NCBI GenBank assembly: GCA_937975855.1
Contig: CALJTT010000004.1
Coordinates: 5,583-69,582, forward strand
DNA from: Minisyncoccota bacterium
GTDB taxonomy: Bacteria; Patescibacteriota; Minisyncoccia; Phycocordibacterales; UBA918
Length of the DNA stretch: 64,000 nt
Reading direction: 5' to 3'
Below the pieces are notes generated by a model that was not told the origin of the DNA, ran no database searches, and saw only the letters and a program-made list of their open reading frames with translations. Positions within the stretch are counted from its first letter, which is position 1. Each line of letters starts with the position of its first letter. The position numbers and the translations under genes are program-made. Of this stretch, positions 46,695 to 56,742 are shown piece by piece.

Positions 46695-49600
46695 TTAGTT
46701 CGCAACTAGCTGTGCGTTGTCAATTTCTAGGAATCCGACTGCTGCTAGGTTGTTGAAGATTGTTACAGTTACAACATCTTCGGGAGTAATAAAGATGTAC
46801 GATGTTTCGTTCCATCCGGCAGATACAGCCAATTGTCCAAGAGTGTCGTAGACAAAGCTTCCATCGTTCATTGTGTATCGCACCACTACGTCAGCCGCCA
46901 CATCGTTTTGGTGTCCGATTGTGAAAGTGTAGCTCGTGCTAGCTGTCACGTTAACGTCTCCAAAGTACCATTTAGCATCACCGCTAGTGTAGTCAGTAAA
47001 CTCAACTCGGGCAGCGTCAGATCCGTCAGGACCGGCTACTGGGTAAGTGAAGACTGCGTCATTGACTCCCCATCCGCCCTGGAGCCAGTTTGTTGGGTTG
47101 TTGGCAGAGCCGGCTTCAAGGTCGCCGTTGACAATCAGGTTCCCTCCCGTTGGTGGAGTAGTTGTACCATTGTCAACTATCAGAGTAATCTCGGTACTTT
47201 GTCCGATATTTCCAGCTTCGTCTTCTGCTTCCACTATTAGTTGGTGTGGACCATTTGTCAGTTCTGTTGTGTCGAGCACAAAGTCATAAGGCGCCACTCC
47301 GTCCGTGTCAGTCACCGCACCGTTCACTAGTAGTCTAGTTTGATCTACTCCGACATTATCAGTCACAGTCGCGTCGATATTCAGTACGCCGCCACGTGTC
47401 TCACCATCTGATAGATTTGTAAGAGTCACAACTGGCGCTTGTGTGTCGTTCGACGTTGTCGTTGTGCCTGTTGTCCCAGTCAGTACCCAATTGTCGATTT
47501 CTAGGAATCCAACTGCTGTCAGGTTGTGGAAGATTGTTACAGATTCTGTGTTTGTCGGCGTTGTGAAAGTACCATTGTTTGTAGTCCACGCAGCTGCAGG
47601 AGCGAGAGAATCTAGGAATCCATACTGGAATGTACCGTCAGTCATTGTGTACTGTGCAACTACTTCGGTTGCCACATCTGACCGGTACTGGTGAGAATAG
47701 CTGTACGCGTCTCCACTGACAACCGCAACTGGCGCAAAGTACCACTTCGCATCACCACTGTTGTAAGCTGTCATTTCGATTCGAGCAACGTCACCACCTT
47801 GTCCGTCAACTGGATAGATGAAGTTTGCAGTATTATCTCCCCATCCGCCCTGGAACCAACCATTTGGCGTTCCGACACCTGCTTCAATGTCGCCGTTGAC
47901 AATCAAGTTGTCGCCAGTTGGAGGGTCGACTGGATCAGTAGTTGTTCCAGTATCGTTCTCAACCACTATTGTCAGCTGATCGGCAGCAGCGTTTGCATTG
48001 GCTGATGCGTCGATAGCTTCAGCTCGCAGTGTATATGTGCCGTTTGCCAGTGAAGTCACATCCACTGCAAATGCATAAGGTGCAGTTGTGTCGGTGTAGA
48101 AAAGCGAAGTTCCAACAATACTAAGAGTTGTTTCTGTGATACCGCTTGCGTCCTCGGCGTCTAGTCGCACTTCAAACGCACCTGACAAGGTTTGTCCATT
48201 TCCGATGTTGGCAATCGCAACATCAGGAGCAACATTGTCGTCATCCACTGGAGTTCCTGCGTCACCAACCAGACTCACATTGTCGATCTCTAGGAAACCA
48301 ACTGCTGCCAGGTTGTGGAAGATTGTTGCCGCAGTAGCGTTTGCTGGTGCAGTAAACTGGAATGTGTTTTCTGTCCATGTTGCTACAGGTGCTTTACTGT
48401 CGATGAATTCGTATTGGAATGTTCCATCAGTCAGAGTGTAAGCAACGACTGTTTCGGTCGTAACGTCAGAACGATAGAAGTTTGTGAACTCGTACACTTC
48501 GTTTGGCGTGATTGCCACTGGAGCAAAGAACCACTTTCCGTCTCCGCTTGTGTATGAAATCATTTCTACTCGCGCTGCGTCTCCGTTTTGTCCTGCAACT
48601 GGATACGTGAATACACGATCGTTAGTTCCCCATCCTCCTTGTGCCCAGTTTGTTGGGTTGTTAGCAGAGCCTGCTTCCAGGTCGCCGTTAGCGATTAGAT
48701 TATCGCCAGTTGGAGGGTCCACAGGATCACCAGTCACTTGTACTAGCGACACGTTGTCGATGTAGCCATAAGAAGGCTGAGTAACATCTACCACTAATGG
48801 TGTGTGGAAGACTGTTACTGTCGCTGCGTTTTCTACTGCTACAAAATCTACTTCGTAACTAGTTAGGTCATTAGGACTATTCGTGTCGTAGGCCGGAGAA
48901 TATCCAAGCAACTCAGCTTGAGTTGTGCCATCAGCCAATGTGTAGAATGCTACAACCTCGTTACTGTTTTTGCTTGAGTAATCAACGCTAAATCGATATG
49001 TCTCGCCAGCAGTTACAGCCACGTCGTCGAATACCCATTTTGCATCGCCCGAAGTGTAGTTAAAGATTTCTACGTAGCCAACATTGTTGCCGGTAGTATC
49101 TTGGAAGACATTGTAGTTGTTGTCGTTGATACCGTAACCACCTTCTCGCCATCCTACTGGATCGCCAGCTGCGTCGAGCACTTCGAATCCGCCGTTATTT
49201 ACCAAGTTATCACCTGGTACAACAACTTGGTTGTCGATCACAATCGAAATTTCTACTGCATCGTTGTTTCCAAATGGATCGTATGAAGTTGCTTTTAGTA
49301 CGTTAGTACCGTTCACAAAGTCAGTTGTGTCAACCACTACTTCGTATGGTGCCGTTGCGTCTTCTACGCCAATTGCATTTCCGTTAAGTGCGAAGAACAC
49401 ACCAACCACTTCAGTTTCGTCGGTAGCAGTCGCTTCAAAAGTTACTGTCCCCGAAACTGTTTCGCCGTCTGTGTGACTCACGATGTTTACTACTGGAGGA
49501 TTTGTTTCTGACTGGTTTCCAGTTGAAGATGCCGTAATAACCACGTCATCGATAGTCAATGTTCCCACTGCACTAATAAGGTGGAATGGTGTCATCGTCA

Positions 49601-52600
49601 CTGCGTTTTCTGGTGCAATGAATGATCCTTCTTCTAATGTCCAGTCTGTTGCTTGTAGAATTTCTTTCCCAATTCCTTGGTAGAAGAATGAGCCGTCAGT
49701 CATTGTGTACTGTGCGATCACGTCTGAAATTGTGTCTGACTTGTAGTACGTACTGAAATTGTACTCAGTTCCCGGTGTCACCGGAATCGGTGTGTGTGCC
49801 CACTTTGAGTCACCACTGTCTGTTACTTCGTATTCGGTAATTACTACCTGCGCAGCATTTCCGCCATTTCGTCCTGGTACTGGGAAGACGTGGTTTCGGG
49901 TGTGAGTTCCCCATCCGCTTGGAGTCCAGTTTTGCGGTGTACCGTCACCGTTTACAAGCTCGAAGTCTCCGTTAAATACTAGATTCGGTTCAGGTTCGAC
50001 TACAATTTCTTTCAAAGAAAGAGAGTACTCGTCAACCTTTACTGTTCCGTTTTGAGCCAAGTCGTGGAAGACTGTCATACTCTGCATACCCTCTGGTACA
50101 ACAATGTCGTAGTTTGTAGTTGTCGGGTCCGCTGCTGGCGGCAATAGGCCTAAACTCTGGTATAGGTACGAACCATCTGGGCGAGCATACTGAATAGTCA
50201 GCTCAGTGTTTACATTAGCTGTATAGAGGTGGCTGAACTCGTAAGTGTTACCTGGCACCACAAACACTGGCGCAAAGTACCATCGAGCAGCACCGGCGCT
50301 GTAGTCGGCCACAGTAAGTTCTGCTGCAGTGTTGCCGCTTAGTCCAATAACTGGATAAGTAAACGTCGGCGTCATACTTCCAAACCAACCAGGAATCCAG
50401 TTCAAGGGCTGAGAAGGAATTATTGGGTCACCAATTTCCATTGAAGGGTTATTGATCAGGTTGCCAGTTCCCCCACCATTGTTTAGGTACATGTTGATAC
50501 TAGTTGTATCAGTCAGGCCGTTCGCGTCGGTGACAGTAAGTTCGATTTCCATGTAAACGTCACTATCGTTATGGTCGTCTGCTACAAAAGTAATTTGTTT
50601 AGTGTCAGAAAACTGCTGCACTGTGTGAGTGTGCACGTTGTGATGCAGGATTACAGTCCAGTCAAACGCACTGGCTGGCAAATTACCGTCCTCAGGATCA
50701 ATAGCGTCACCATTAACAGTAACGTTCTCAAGTGGGAAATACAGAGATCCGCTAGTAGGACTAATGATAGAAGCTGCTGGCTTTTGGTTACCAACTGTAA
50801 CGTCGATACTTTCTGACGCAGATGCGCCAAAACTATCTGTTACTGTAAGGGCTGCAGTGTAAACACCGTTAACGTTGTATGTGTGAGTCGGGTTAGCAAT
50901 ATTTGCCGTTACGCCATCGTCAAAATCCCAAAGGAAATCAACCGCGTCGGCGTCAGGGTCAAATGTGCCAGTACTGTCAAACTGAACAGTCAACGGAGAC
51001 AGACCAGACGTAACATCAGCTGAAGCAGAAACGACCGGTCGTCGATTACCATCAGTGTGAGTTAGTCGGTTAAGTGAACCAAAAGCGATATCAATATAAT
51101 GAACATTACCATCTGCACCAGTGTTGAACTCAACTGGGAAAACAAAGTCGCTCTGGAAGTCTTCAACTGAAGCAACGCTTCCGTCAGCATTTAGAACCAT
51201 TCGCTTGATCCATTGCTGAGCATAGTCACCAATAAACAAACTGCTGTCATACTGGTCTGGATATGCGTCATTAGTACCAAACGATCCGACAATAATAGAT
51301 CCAGCGCCCGAAGCGTTATGCGGATAGTCATAAATGGGGTCGGTGTCAGCTGTCGGATTTGTACAGTTGTAAGGAGAATTATTTGCTCCTTCGCGACATG
51401 GCCATCCGTAGTTGTTACCAGGGTTGATTTCGTTTACTTCTTCCCAGTCACTCCATCCTACGTCTCCACCATAAAGTCGACCTGTTGTTTCGTTGAAGCT
51501 CAGTCGGAACATGTTACGGAATCCGTACGCGTAGACCTTTGAACGGTTTGAGTTTACGTCACCGTCAAAGAAAGGGTTGTCAGTTGGAGCTGTTCCGTCA
51601 GTATTAATTCGAAGCACCTTACCTGCTAGCGAGTCGATATCTTGAGCACGAAAAGCTCGTGGGTCGATCGCTGCAAAGTCAGCGCCGTCTCCAAGAGAAG
51701 CGTATAGCTTTCCATCAGGTCCAAATTTTAGTGCACCAACACTATGACTGTTAGAGTCAGACGCAATACAGTCAGCTGTTACGGCAAAGTCTTCACAAGA
51801 CATGTTGGTTGCATCGCCGCCAACAGTACCAACTAGTACAAATTTACTAGATTCACTAGCAACATCTCCTATCACTGTGACTCTTACAATACGACCAGTT
51901 TTTGGCCCAGAAGGATTTAGACCAGGAGTGTTTTCATAAGAGTACGAAAGATACAAATATCCGTTACTGGAGAAGTTTGGATCAAGCGTCATTCCAATCA
52001 AACCACGGTCACCAAAAGTGTTGATGTCGGTCAACGTGATAACCGGCGTCGGAAGAACCGCGCCGTTTTTTACCACCTTAACTACTCCGTTCTTTTCAGC
52101 AACAAAGATTCGTCCGTCGGCTGCAAAAGCAGTCGCTGTAGGTAGAGAAAATCCACCAGCGATTACTTCACTTTCAAAACCTGGCTCGACGATCTGTGCA
52201 CCTGCAACAGCTGGGATAGCGAGCAGAGTTCCACCCAACACAACAACCATCAGAAGACGTGATACTCCGATAAAGGCAAGTAACGCTGCAGTAGTGCCGC
52301 TTACATACTGTATAGCAGGAGCGAAGAGTCGTGACTTCAACGGATTGTACAGAACAAACGTGATCAGAGCAGCCAAACCAACGCCAACTGGCACAAAGAA
52401 TGTTTCGTTAAAGACTACACTGGACATCGCTGTAAAAAATAGTCCAACTGCCCACTTTAGAGCAATGATCTGTGGCTCGTCAGCTCCGTACTGGAAGCCA
52501 AGGTAGACAGAAAATCCAAATACCGTAAACACGTAGGTCGCCAACACAATAACAATTGCGTAAGAAGCGATCGTGTTCATAATTTTACTTTTGAACCAAC

Positions 52601-52727
52601 CGCCGTGCTTGCCGTGTGTTTGGAAAGCTGAAAGATGTGCGTTGCCTTTAAGTTTGTTCGACAATGCCGCCAGCCCAATAACTGTGAGGTGGAACAACAG
52701 TGAGAATCCAAGAAATGAAAGAAACAT
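46695..52727 (-). CDS. 2010-aa polytopic membrane protein: N-terminal multi-TM region, PQQ-type glucose/sorbosone dehydrogenase (GSDH)-like beta-propeller, PKD domain, ~8 CBM4/9-like ~190-aa repeats interleaved with bacterial Ig-like domains
   Basis: TM helices within the first ~170 aa. GSDH-like GFSLPTATAFAADGRIFVAEKNGVVKVV ... YAYGFRNMFRLSF..GRLYGGDVGWSDWEEVNEI.PGNNYGWP. PKD LTVQFDSTGTFDPDADAVDFLWDFDDGV...NPTHTYNVNGVYTAALTVTDSFG (~50780-51040). Repeated NGD(L/F)E.G....P..W.QGGWG.N...F.YPV.G..GD.ARVE...Y.SGD.KW.FAPV......Y.F...Y.SDV..E.V..YT..DGT..Y.....AVGFLEIDN. Confidence 0.75.
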   Translation of the reverse strand: MFLSFLGFSLLFHLTVIGLAALSNKLKGNAHLSAFQTHGKHGGWFKSKIMNTIASYAIVIVLATYVFTVFGFSVYLGFQYGADEPQIIALKWAVGLFFTAMSSVVFNETFFVPVGVGLAALITFVLYNPLKSRLFAPAIQYVSGTTAALLAFIGVSRLLMVVVLGGTLLAIPAVAGAQIVEPGFESEVIAGGFSLPTATAFAADGRIFVAEKNGVVKVVKNGAVLPTPVITLTDINTFGDRGLIGMTLDPNFSSNGYLYLSYSYENTPGLNPSGPKTGRIVRVTVIGDVASESSKFVLVGTVGGDATNMSCEDFAVTADCIASDSNSHSVGALKFGPDGKLYASLGDGADFAAIDPRAFRAQDIDSLAGKVLRINTDGTAPTDNPFFDGDVNSNRSKVYAYGFRNMFRLSFNETTGRLYGGDVGWSDWEEVNEINPGNNYGWPCREGANNSPYNCTNPTADTDPIYDYPHNASGAGSIIVGSFGTNDAYPDQYDSSLFIGDYAQQWIKRMVLNADGSVASVEDFQSDFVFPVEFNTGADGNVHYIDIAFGSLNRLTHTDGNRRPVVSASADVTSGLSPLTVQFDSTGTFDPDADAVDFLWDFDDGVTANIANPTHTYNVNGVYTAALTVTDSFGASASESIDVTVGNQKPAASIISPTSGSLYFPLENVTVNGDAIDPEDGNLPASAFDWTVILHHNVHTHTVQQFSDTKQITFVADDHNDSDVYMEIELTVTDANGLTDTTSINMYLNNGGGTGNLINNPSMEIGDPIIPSQPLNWIPGWFGSMTPTFTYPVIGLSGNTAAELTVADYSAGAARWYFAPVFVVPGNTYEFSHLYTANVNTELTIQYARPDGSYLYQSLGLLPPAADPTTTNYDIVVPEGMQSMTVFHDLAQNGTVKVDEYSLSLKEIVVEPEPNLVFNGDFELVNGDGTPQNWTPSGWGTHTRNHVFPVPGRNGGNAAQVVITEYEVTDSGDSKWAHTPIPVTPGTEYNFSTYYKSDTISDVIAQYTMTDGSFFYQGIGKEILQATDWTLEEGSFIAPENAVTMTPFHLISAVGTLTIDDVVITASSTGNQSETNPPVVNIVSHTDGETVSGTVTFEATATDETEVVGVFFALNGNAIGVEDATAPYEVVVDTTDFVNGTNVLKATSYDPFGNNDAVEISIVIDNQVVVPGDNLVNNGGFEVLDAAGDPVGWREGGYGINDNNYNVFQDTTGNNVGYVEIFNYTSGDAKWVFDDVAVTAGETYRFSVDYSSKNSNEVVAFYTLADGTTQAELLGYSPAYDTNSPNDLTSYEVDFVAVENAATVTVFHTPLVVDVTQPSYGYIDNVSLVQVTGDPVDPPTGDNLIANGDLEAGSANNPTNWAQGGWGTNDRVFTYPVAGQNGDAARVEMISYTSGDGKWFFAPVAITPNEVYEFTNFYRSDVTTETVVAYTLTDGTFQYEFIDSKAPVATWTENTFQFTAPANATAATIFHNLAAVGFLEIDNVSLVGDAGTPVDDDNVAPDVAIANIGNGQTLSGAFEVRLDAEDASGITETTLSIVGTSLFYTDTTAPYAFAVDVTSLANGTYTLRAEAIDASANANAAADQLTIVVENDTGTTTDPVDPPTGDNLIVNGDIEAGVGTPNGWFQGGWGDNTANFIYPVDGQGGDVARIEMTAYNSGDAKWYFAPVAVVSGDAYSYSHQYRSDVATEVVAQYTMTDGTFQYGFLDSLAPAAAWTTNNGTFTTPTNTESVTIFHNLTAVGFLEIDNWVLTGTTGTTTTSNDTQAPVVTLTNLSDGETRGGVLNIDATVTDNVGVDQTRLLVNGAVTDTDGVAPYDFVLDTTELTNGPHQLIVEAEDEAGNIGQSTEITLIVDNGTTTPPTGGNLIVNGDLEAGSANNPTNWLQGGWGVNDAVFTYPVAGPDGSDAARVEFTDYTSGDAKWYFGDVNVTASTSYTFTIGHQNDVAADVVVRYTMNDGSFVYDTLGQLAVSAGWNETSYIFITPEDVVTVTIFNNLAAVGFLEIDNAQLVAN
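46700..50500 (-). repeat. Intragenic tandem repeats of ~780 nt (CBM-like units). The three 3'-most copies (~46721, ~47497, ~48283) are ~85% identical at the DNA level.
   Basis: Near-identical strings tcgatttctaggaatccaactgctg.caggttgtggaagattgtta at 46721, 47497 and 48283. A second conserved block ccctggagccagtttgttgggttg...gtcgccgttgacaatca recurs at ~47080, ~47860 and ~48640. Confidence 0.8.
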
Positions 52728-52729
52728 AT

Positions 52730-53764
52730 TTAGGTTGTTACAGACTTATTAATAAACCGTTCAGGTTTGAACCACGTCAGGTTCTTACGTCGAAGGAAAA
52801 CTTCAATCACCATTTGTTCTAGGAAAATGTATGAATTGATTACTGCGATGAAAAGATATGGTATCGGCACCAAAATCAACTCCCAACGTTTTTCTCTCCA
52901 CGCAGCGTAGATCGCTAGAATAAAAGCAACTGGAAGATAAGTCAAAAGGAAGTACAAGAAGACCTTCAGGCTCAAGATCGGCAGAATAAATACCATCAGA
53001 GCGAACACTAGACCTTCTGTGTAAAGGATCGTAAGCACAAGACTACTCTTTGGCAAACGACCAGCAAGGCTATGGTGCTTCATGAGACACTGCCATCCAC
53101 CAGCAAGCCATCGGCGCATCTGGTTGATGTAAGAGTGAAGTGTAGCTGGATCCTGGGTGTACACGATCATACGACGGTCATACTGGATCTTTAGATCAAG
53201 TGTGTGCAGTCGGTAAGTAAAATCAAGATCCTCAGTCAAAGTATCGTGTTCAAATGGAATGTAGTTTCGAAAATCTTCAGTTTTGAACACCGCCGCAGCG
53301 CCAGGAATCACAAACAAGAATCCTAGGTGATGTTGCGATAGCTTGTGTAGGTTTTGCCCCACACTGTACTCAAAAGCACGACACGCTGTGATCCAGTTGT
53401 GACGCATGCTGCGCACGTAACCACTAACCGCTGATAGCTCAGGGTCTTTGTTTACGTTTTCCTCAAGATACATAAGGAAATCCTTGTCGAGGACTGTGTC
53501 ACCGTCAGTTGCCACAAAGTAGTCTGAGGTAACGAACTTTAGACCAATTTCTTGGGCGAAGCTTTTGTTCCCAGTTGCCTTAGGCATCGTCAGAACTGTG
53601 ATCTGATCACCGAACTCACGAAGAAGCTCGCCACTACGGTCATTACTACCATCATTAACAATGATGATTTGATCAGCAGGGCGTGTTTGAGCCAAGCATG
53701 AACGAACGCAGTCGGCGATACCAACTTCTTCGTTATAGCATGGGATTAAAATTGAGATTGTCAT
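52730..53764 (-). CDS. Processive family-2 glycosyltransferase (polysaccharide synthase; IcaA/PgaC/NodC/cellulose-synthase-like) with C-terminal TM helices
   Basis: ISILIPCYNEE, DGSNDRS, DGD (DxD), TED and the processive-GT2 signature QMRRW (QxxRW). 3 C-terminal TM segments. Stop is 2 nt from the start of the 2010-aa gene. Confidence 0.7.
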   Translation of the reverse strand: MTISILIPCYNEEVGIADCVRSCLAQTRPADQIIIVNDGSNDRSGELLREFGDQITVLTMPKATGNKSFAQEIGLKFVTSDYFVATDGDTVLDKDFLMYLEENVNKDPELSAVSGYVRSMRHNWITACRAFEYSVGQNLHKLSQHHLGFLFVIPGAAAVFKTEDFRNYIPFEHDTLTEDLDFTYRLHTLDLKIQYDRRMIVYTQDPATLHSYINQMRRWLAGGWQCLMKHHSLAGRLPKSSLVLTILYTEGLVFALMVFILPILSLKVFLYFLLTYLPVAFILAIYAAWREKRWELILVPIPYLFIAVINSYIFLEQMVIEVFLRRKNLTWFKPERFINKSVTT

Positions 53765-53982
53765 ACTTTTTATAATAATTTATTTTCCGAAGCTACTCTC
53801 CTTCACGTAACAAAATGCCCGCCAAAGTGCCGGCGAACTACTCTTTGCTACACAGAGGAGAACAGCTCTACGTCCCAATATATATACTATATAACCACTT
53901 TTGTCAAGGGCTAGAGGTATTATTGTATCGGCTTACTGGAAACCTCTTTATGAGACGTAAAATAACCTTTATTTGTCACCAA

Positions 53983-54612
53983 CTATTCGACCTTTAACTT
54001 AGCAAAAACAACGCGATTGTGCGAATAGCGACTAGTGTCAGAATCGTACCATCCAGAGCAAGTTACGAGGCGTAAACCTGCGTGATCGATGTCGCCATAT
54101 ACTAAACTAGTCGGGAAAGAAGATTGCTCGTATTTCTCGCTGCCAGTTACTTTAAACGTGGCTTCAGAGCCGTCCGACAGGCCTATAACGATGTCGTCAC
54201 CCTTATCTAACTGTCCTAGAGCGTAAAACACTGCGGGTCCGTCCAGGGAGTCCACATGGCCCAAAATCACGGCCGGCCCTAGTTCCCCTGGTACAGGACT
54301 GTGCTTATACCAACCAACTGTCTCATATTCAGCAGGAACCTCCACCTCTTGATTAGATTGCAACCCAAGCGGATTCGTAAAATCAGCCGTCAGACCCAAG
54401 TCTGGGATGCGCAAGGTTGTGGGCAGCAACTCGTCACCAGGCTGAGATACATTATGTTCAGTTTGAACCTGCACCCGATCAGTTGGAGTATGTGACAAAA
54501 CAGCAGATGGAGCGTTTTCGCCAATAGCTATCACCAATGCCACACAAGCCAAAAAAACGCCCAAGGGGGCGTATTTTTTGTAAACGTCAATTAGATTAAG
54601 ACGATTAGACAT
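53983..54612 (-). CDS. Sortase-family transpeptidase (membrane-anchored)
   Basis: N-terminal TM (LGVFLACVALVIAI). Catalytic-triad-like context AVILGHVDS (His), LRLVTCSGW (TLxTC Cys), SRYSHNRVVF (Arg). Overlaps the upstream substrate gene by 8 nt. Confidence 0.6.
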   Translation of the reverse strand: MSNRLNLIDVYKKYAPLGVFLACVALVIAIGENAPSAVLSHTPTDRVQVQTEHNVSQPGDELLPTTLRIPDLGLTADFTNPLGLQSNQEVEVPAEYETVGWYKHSPVPGELGPAVILGHVDSLDGPAVFYALGQLDKGDDIVIGLSDGSEATFKVTGSEKYEQSSFPTSLVYGDIDHAGLRLVTCSGWYDSDTSRYSHNRVVFAKLKVE

Positions 54613-56608
54613 TGACCTTTAGTCGACGAGCACCTAGCACTGCTGCTACAGCAGCTACAAGCATCGCAAACGTCCCAGCTGCTGGAATAGTTGGTGCTGT
54701 GCTACCAGCACCTGCATTTACTCCACCAAATGGTACAGCTGATACTTGTTCTCCAAGCACCATTCCTTGTGGGGCTGAAGCTGAAGAATCTGAGATACCA
54801 GCAACTGTTGGCTGCGCAGTACCAGTACTTAGTCCATCACGGGCACCAACTCGTGTTCCTGAAGATGAGCTTCCGCCGTTACCGTTGTCATCATTGTTAG
54901 CAGATGAACCTCCACCGCTTCCGCCGTTAGATCCACCTGAACCACCGTTTGAAGTAGTTGTTCCATTACCTGAACCGTCTCCTGTTGCAGTCATTGTGTT
55001 GTAGAAGTCAACGCTATATTCAGCATCGTTGATAACAAATCCGTTTGCTTCTCCTACCATTACTTGAGCATCAGTGTCAGACACTGAAAGTTGTGCTTCA
55101 GTAGCTGCAGCTCCGTCTCGCATTGCTGATACGAATTCCCAGCCTGTTTGCATTGATTCTGCTACACGGTACTCGAAAGTGTAAGCATCAGTTGGCTGTA
55201 CGTAAGCTGGTGTCCACTCTGTTCCATCTGTCCAACGTAGGCAGTAGTATCCGCCTGCGTCTGTAGTGTCAGTGTCGATCACGTATGTAAGTACTGTTCC
55301 GTCAGTGTTTGTAATAACCTTACGTAGACTCATATCCCAACCTGAAAGTGGATTTCCGTCAGCGTCATATTTGTAACCTTGGTATTCGCAACCTTCTTCT
55401 GGACTCGCTACTGCTGTGTCCGAACCTCCACCTGTTGTTGAGTCAGTTGTTGTGCCTGATCCATCTTCAGTTGTAGTTCCATTGTCTGTATCTGTCCCGT
55501 CAGGAGTTGTAGTTCCTGTGTCTGTACCGTCGTCACTTGATGATGCAGTGTTATCAGTCGAGGTTGCTGAGTTGTCAGTTGAAGTAGCTGAGTTGTCTGT
55601 GGTAGTTGAATTATCAGTTGTTCCGTCATCAGAAGATGATGCAGAATTGTCAGTTGAAGTTGCAGAGTCTACTGTTGAAGTAGCTGAGTCGTCTGTGGTA
55701 GTTGCCGTCTCGTCTGTTGATGTTGCTGTGTCTTCAGTTGAAGTAGCAGTTTCATCTACCACAACAACGTCGCTAACAGTTACCGTTAGGTCTACTGGAG
55801 CGCCAACAACCGCCCCACCAGTCTCTTCAAGCAAAGTGACAGTTAGTGTGTACTCGCCAGCAACATCGTTGCTGTAGCAAATTCCCTTTTCTGCACCGAT
55901 AACAAACTCGTTGTCAGCGTCTACAACAGGGTTGTTACAAGCACCACCAATTGTGCCGTTGTAGAAAGATCCTGCAGCGCCATTGTCAGAAACAGTTACA
56001 ACTGTTGTTGAGCCGTCAAAACCGTCTTCTGCAGTCACCCCAGCGACAAAGTTAACCAACGCGCCAGTGTCTACTGTAAGAGTCTGTGGTGTTGCGCTTA
56101 GTGTCGCAGTTGGCGGCACTGTTACTACGTCGCTTCCGTCGTCGTATGTTGCAGTAGCGTTAACTACAACACCTGGTTCTGCGTCGAAGTTTCCTGTAGC
56201 AACAACCTCAGCGCCTGCTGCGGTGTTCAATGTGATGCTTTCAGTAGTGTTTCCTAGTGACTCAGCTCCCCAGTCTTCGTCACATCCGAGTCCACCGTTT
56301 AGTGCTTCGTCGTCGTTACGACAAACTGTAAAAGTGTCTCCATCAGCCAAAACTGCAGAGCCGATAACATGGATTCTTCCAGCGTTATCTAGGATCTCCC
56401 AGCCTGTGATGTCAACTTGTTCTGTACCATCATATGAAATAGATACATATTCACCCACTTCCTCTGACAATGGGTCAGGGTCTGCAACTACTGCCAGGGT
56501 AAATGTTCCAGCCGCCGCGTGAAGCGGTTGCATAGGTAACAATACTGCTAAGAGCGATAGGGTTGTGAGCACTGCCCATACGCGTGCAAAAGAAATTCGC
56601 TGAGTCAT
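54605..56608 (-). CDS. Secreted Thr/Ser/Asp-repeat surface protein with C-terminal cell-wall-sorting-like signal (hydrophobic helix plus RRLKVNV tail). Putative sortase substrate.
   Basis: Signal (VLTTLSLLAVLLPMQPLHAAAG). Long A-T-S-T-D-N/E hexapeptide-like repeats (nt ~55430-55760). Gly/Ser/Asn-rich segment. C-terminus ...STAPTIPAAGTFAMLVAAVAAVLGARRLKVNV. Confidence 0.6.
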   Translation of the reverse strand: MTQRISFARVWAVLTTLSLLAVLLPMQPLHAAAGTFTLAVVADPDPLSEEVGEYVSISYDGTEQVDITGWEILDNAGRIHVIGSAVLADGDTFTVCRNDDEALNGGLGCDEDWGAESLGNTTESITLNTAAGAEVVATGNFDAEPGVVVNATATYDDGSDVVTVPPTATLSATPQTLTVDTGALVNFVAGVTAEDGFDGSTTVVTVSDNGAAGSFYNGTIGGACNNPVVDADNEFVIGAEKGICYSNDVAGEYTLTVTLLEETGGAVVGAPVDLTVTVSDVVVVDETATSTEDTATSTDETATTTDDSATSTVDSATSTDNSASSSDDGTTDNSTTTDNSATSTDNSATSTDNTASSSDDGTDTGTTTPDGTDTDNGTTTEDGSGTTTDSTTGGGSDTAVASPEEGCEYQGYKYDADGNPLSGWDMSLRKVITNTDGTVLTYVIDTDTTDAGGYYCLRWTDGTEWTPAYVQPTDAYTFEYRVAESMQTGWEFVSAMRDGAAATEAQLSVSDTDAQVMVGEANGFVINDAEYSVDFYNTMTATGDGSGNGTTTSNGGSGGSNGGSGGGSSANNDDNGNGGSSSSGTRVGARDGLSTGTAQPTVAGISDSSASAPQGMVLGEQVSAVPFGGVNAGAGSTAPTIPAAGTFAMLVAAVAAVLGARRLKVNV

Positions 56609-56742
56609 AAAAACGTTGTTAAATAAGGATATTACTAATATTTTACCACACCACAGACTATAAGAGTTGTTGTGTTACTCGCATCGTACACAATTATGAA
56701 AAAATTGCAAGTCATGCCACTGAATAGCGACTTTGGCAAGAG

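Noticed and set aside
46695-52727. Possible diversity-generating retroelement (DGR) targeting the repeated CBM units
   Set aside because: No reverse transcriptase or template/variable repeat pair with adenine-specific mismatches was seen. The repeats are ordinary in-frame tandem duplications.
53765-53982. Small ORF 53815..53997 (+) in the GT2 upstream region
   Set aside because: 60-aa ORF with no features, in an AT-rich promoter region between the GT2 start and sortase end. It overlaps the sortase stop. Likely non-coding.
55416-56522. Plus-strand ORFs 55416..55877 and 55983..56522 inside the sortase-substrate gene
   Set aside because: Antisense of a highly repetitive S/T/D-coding region. 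The minus-strand ORF has a signal peptide, repeats and a sorting signal.
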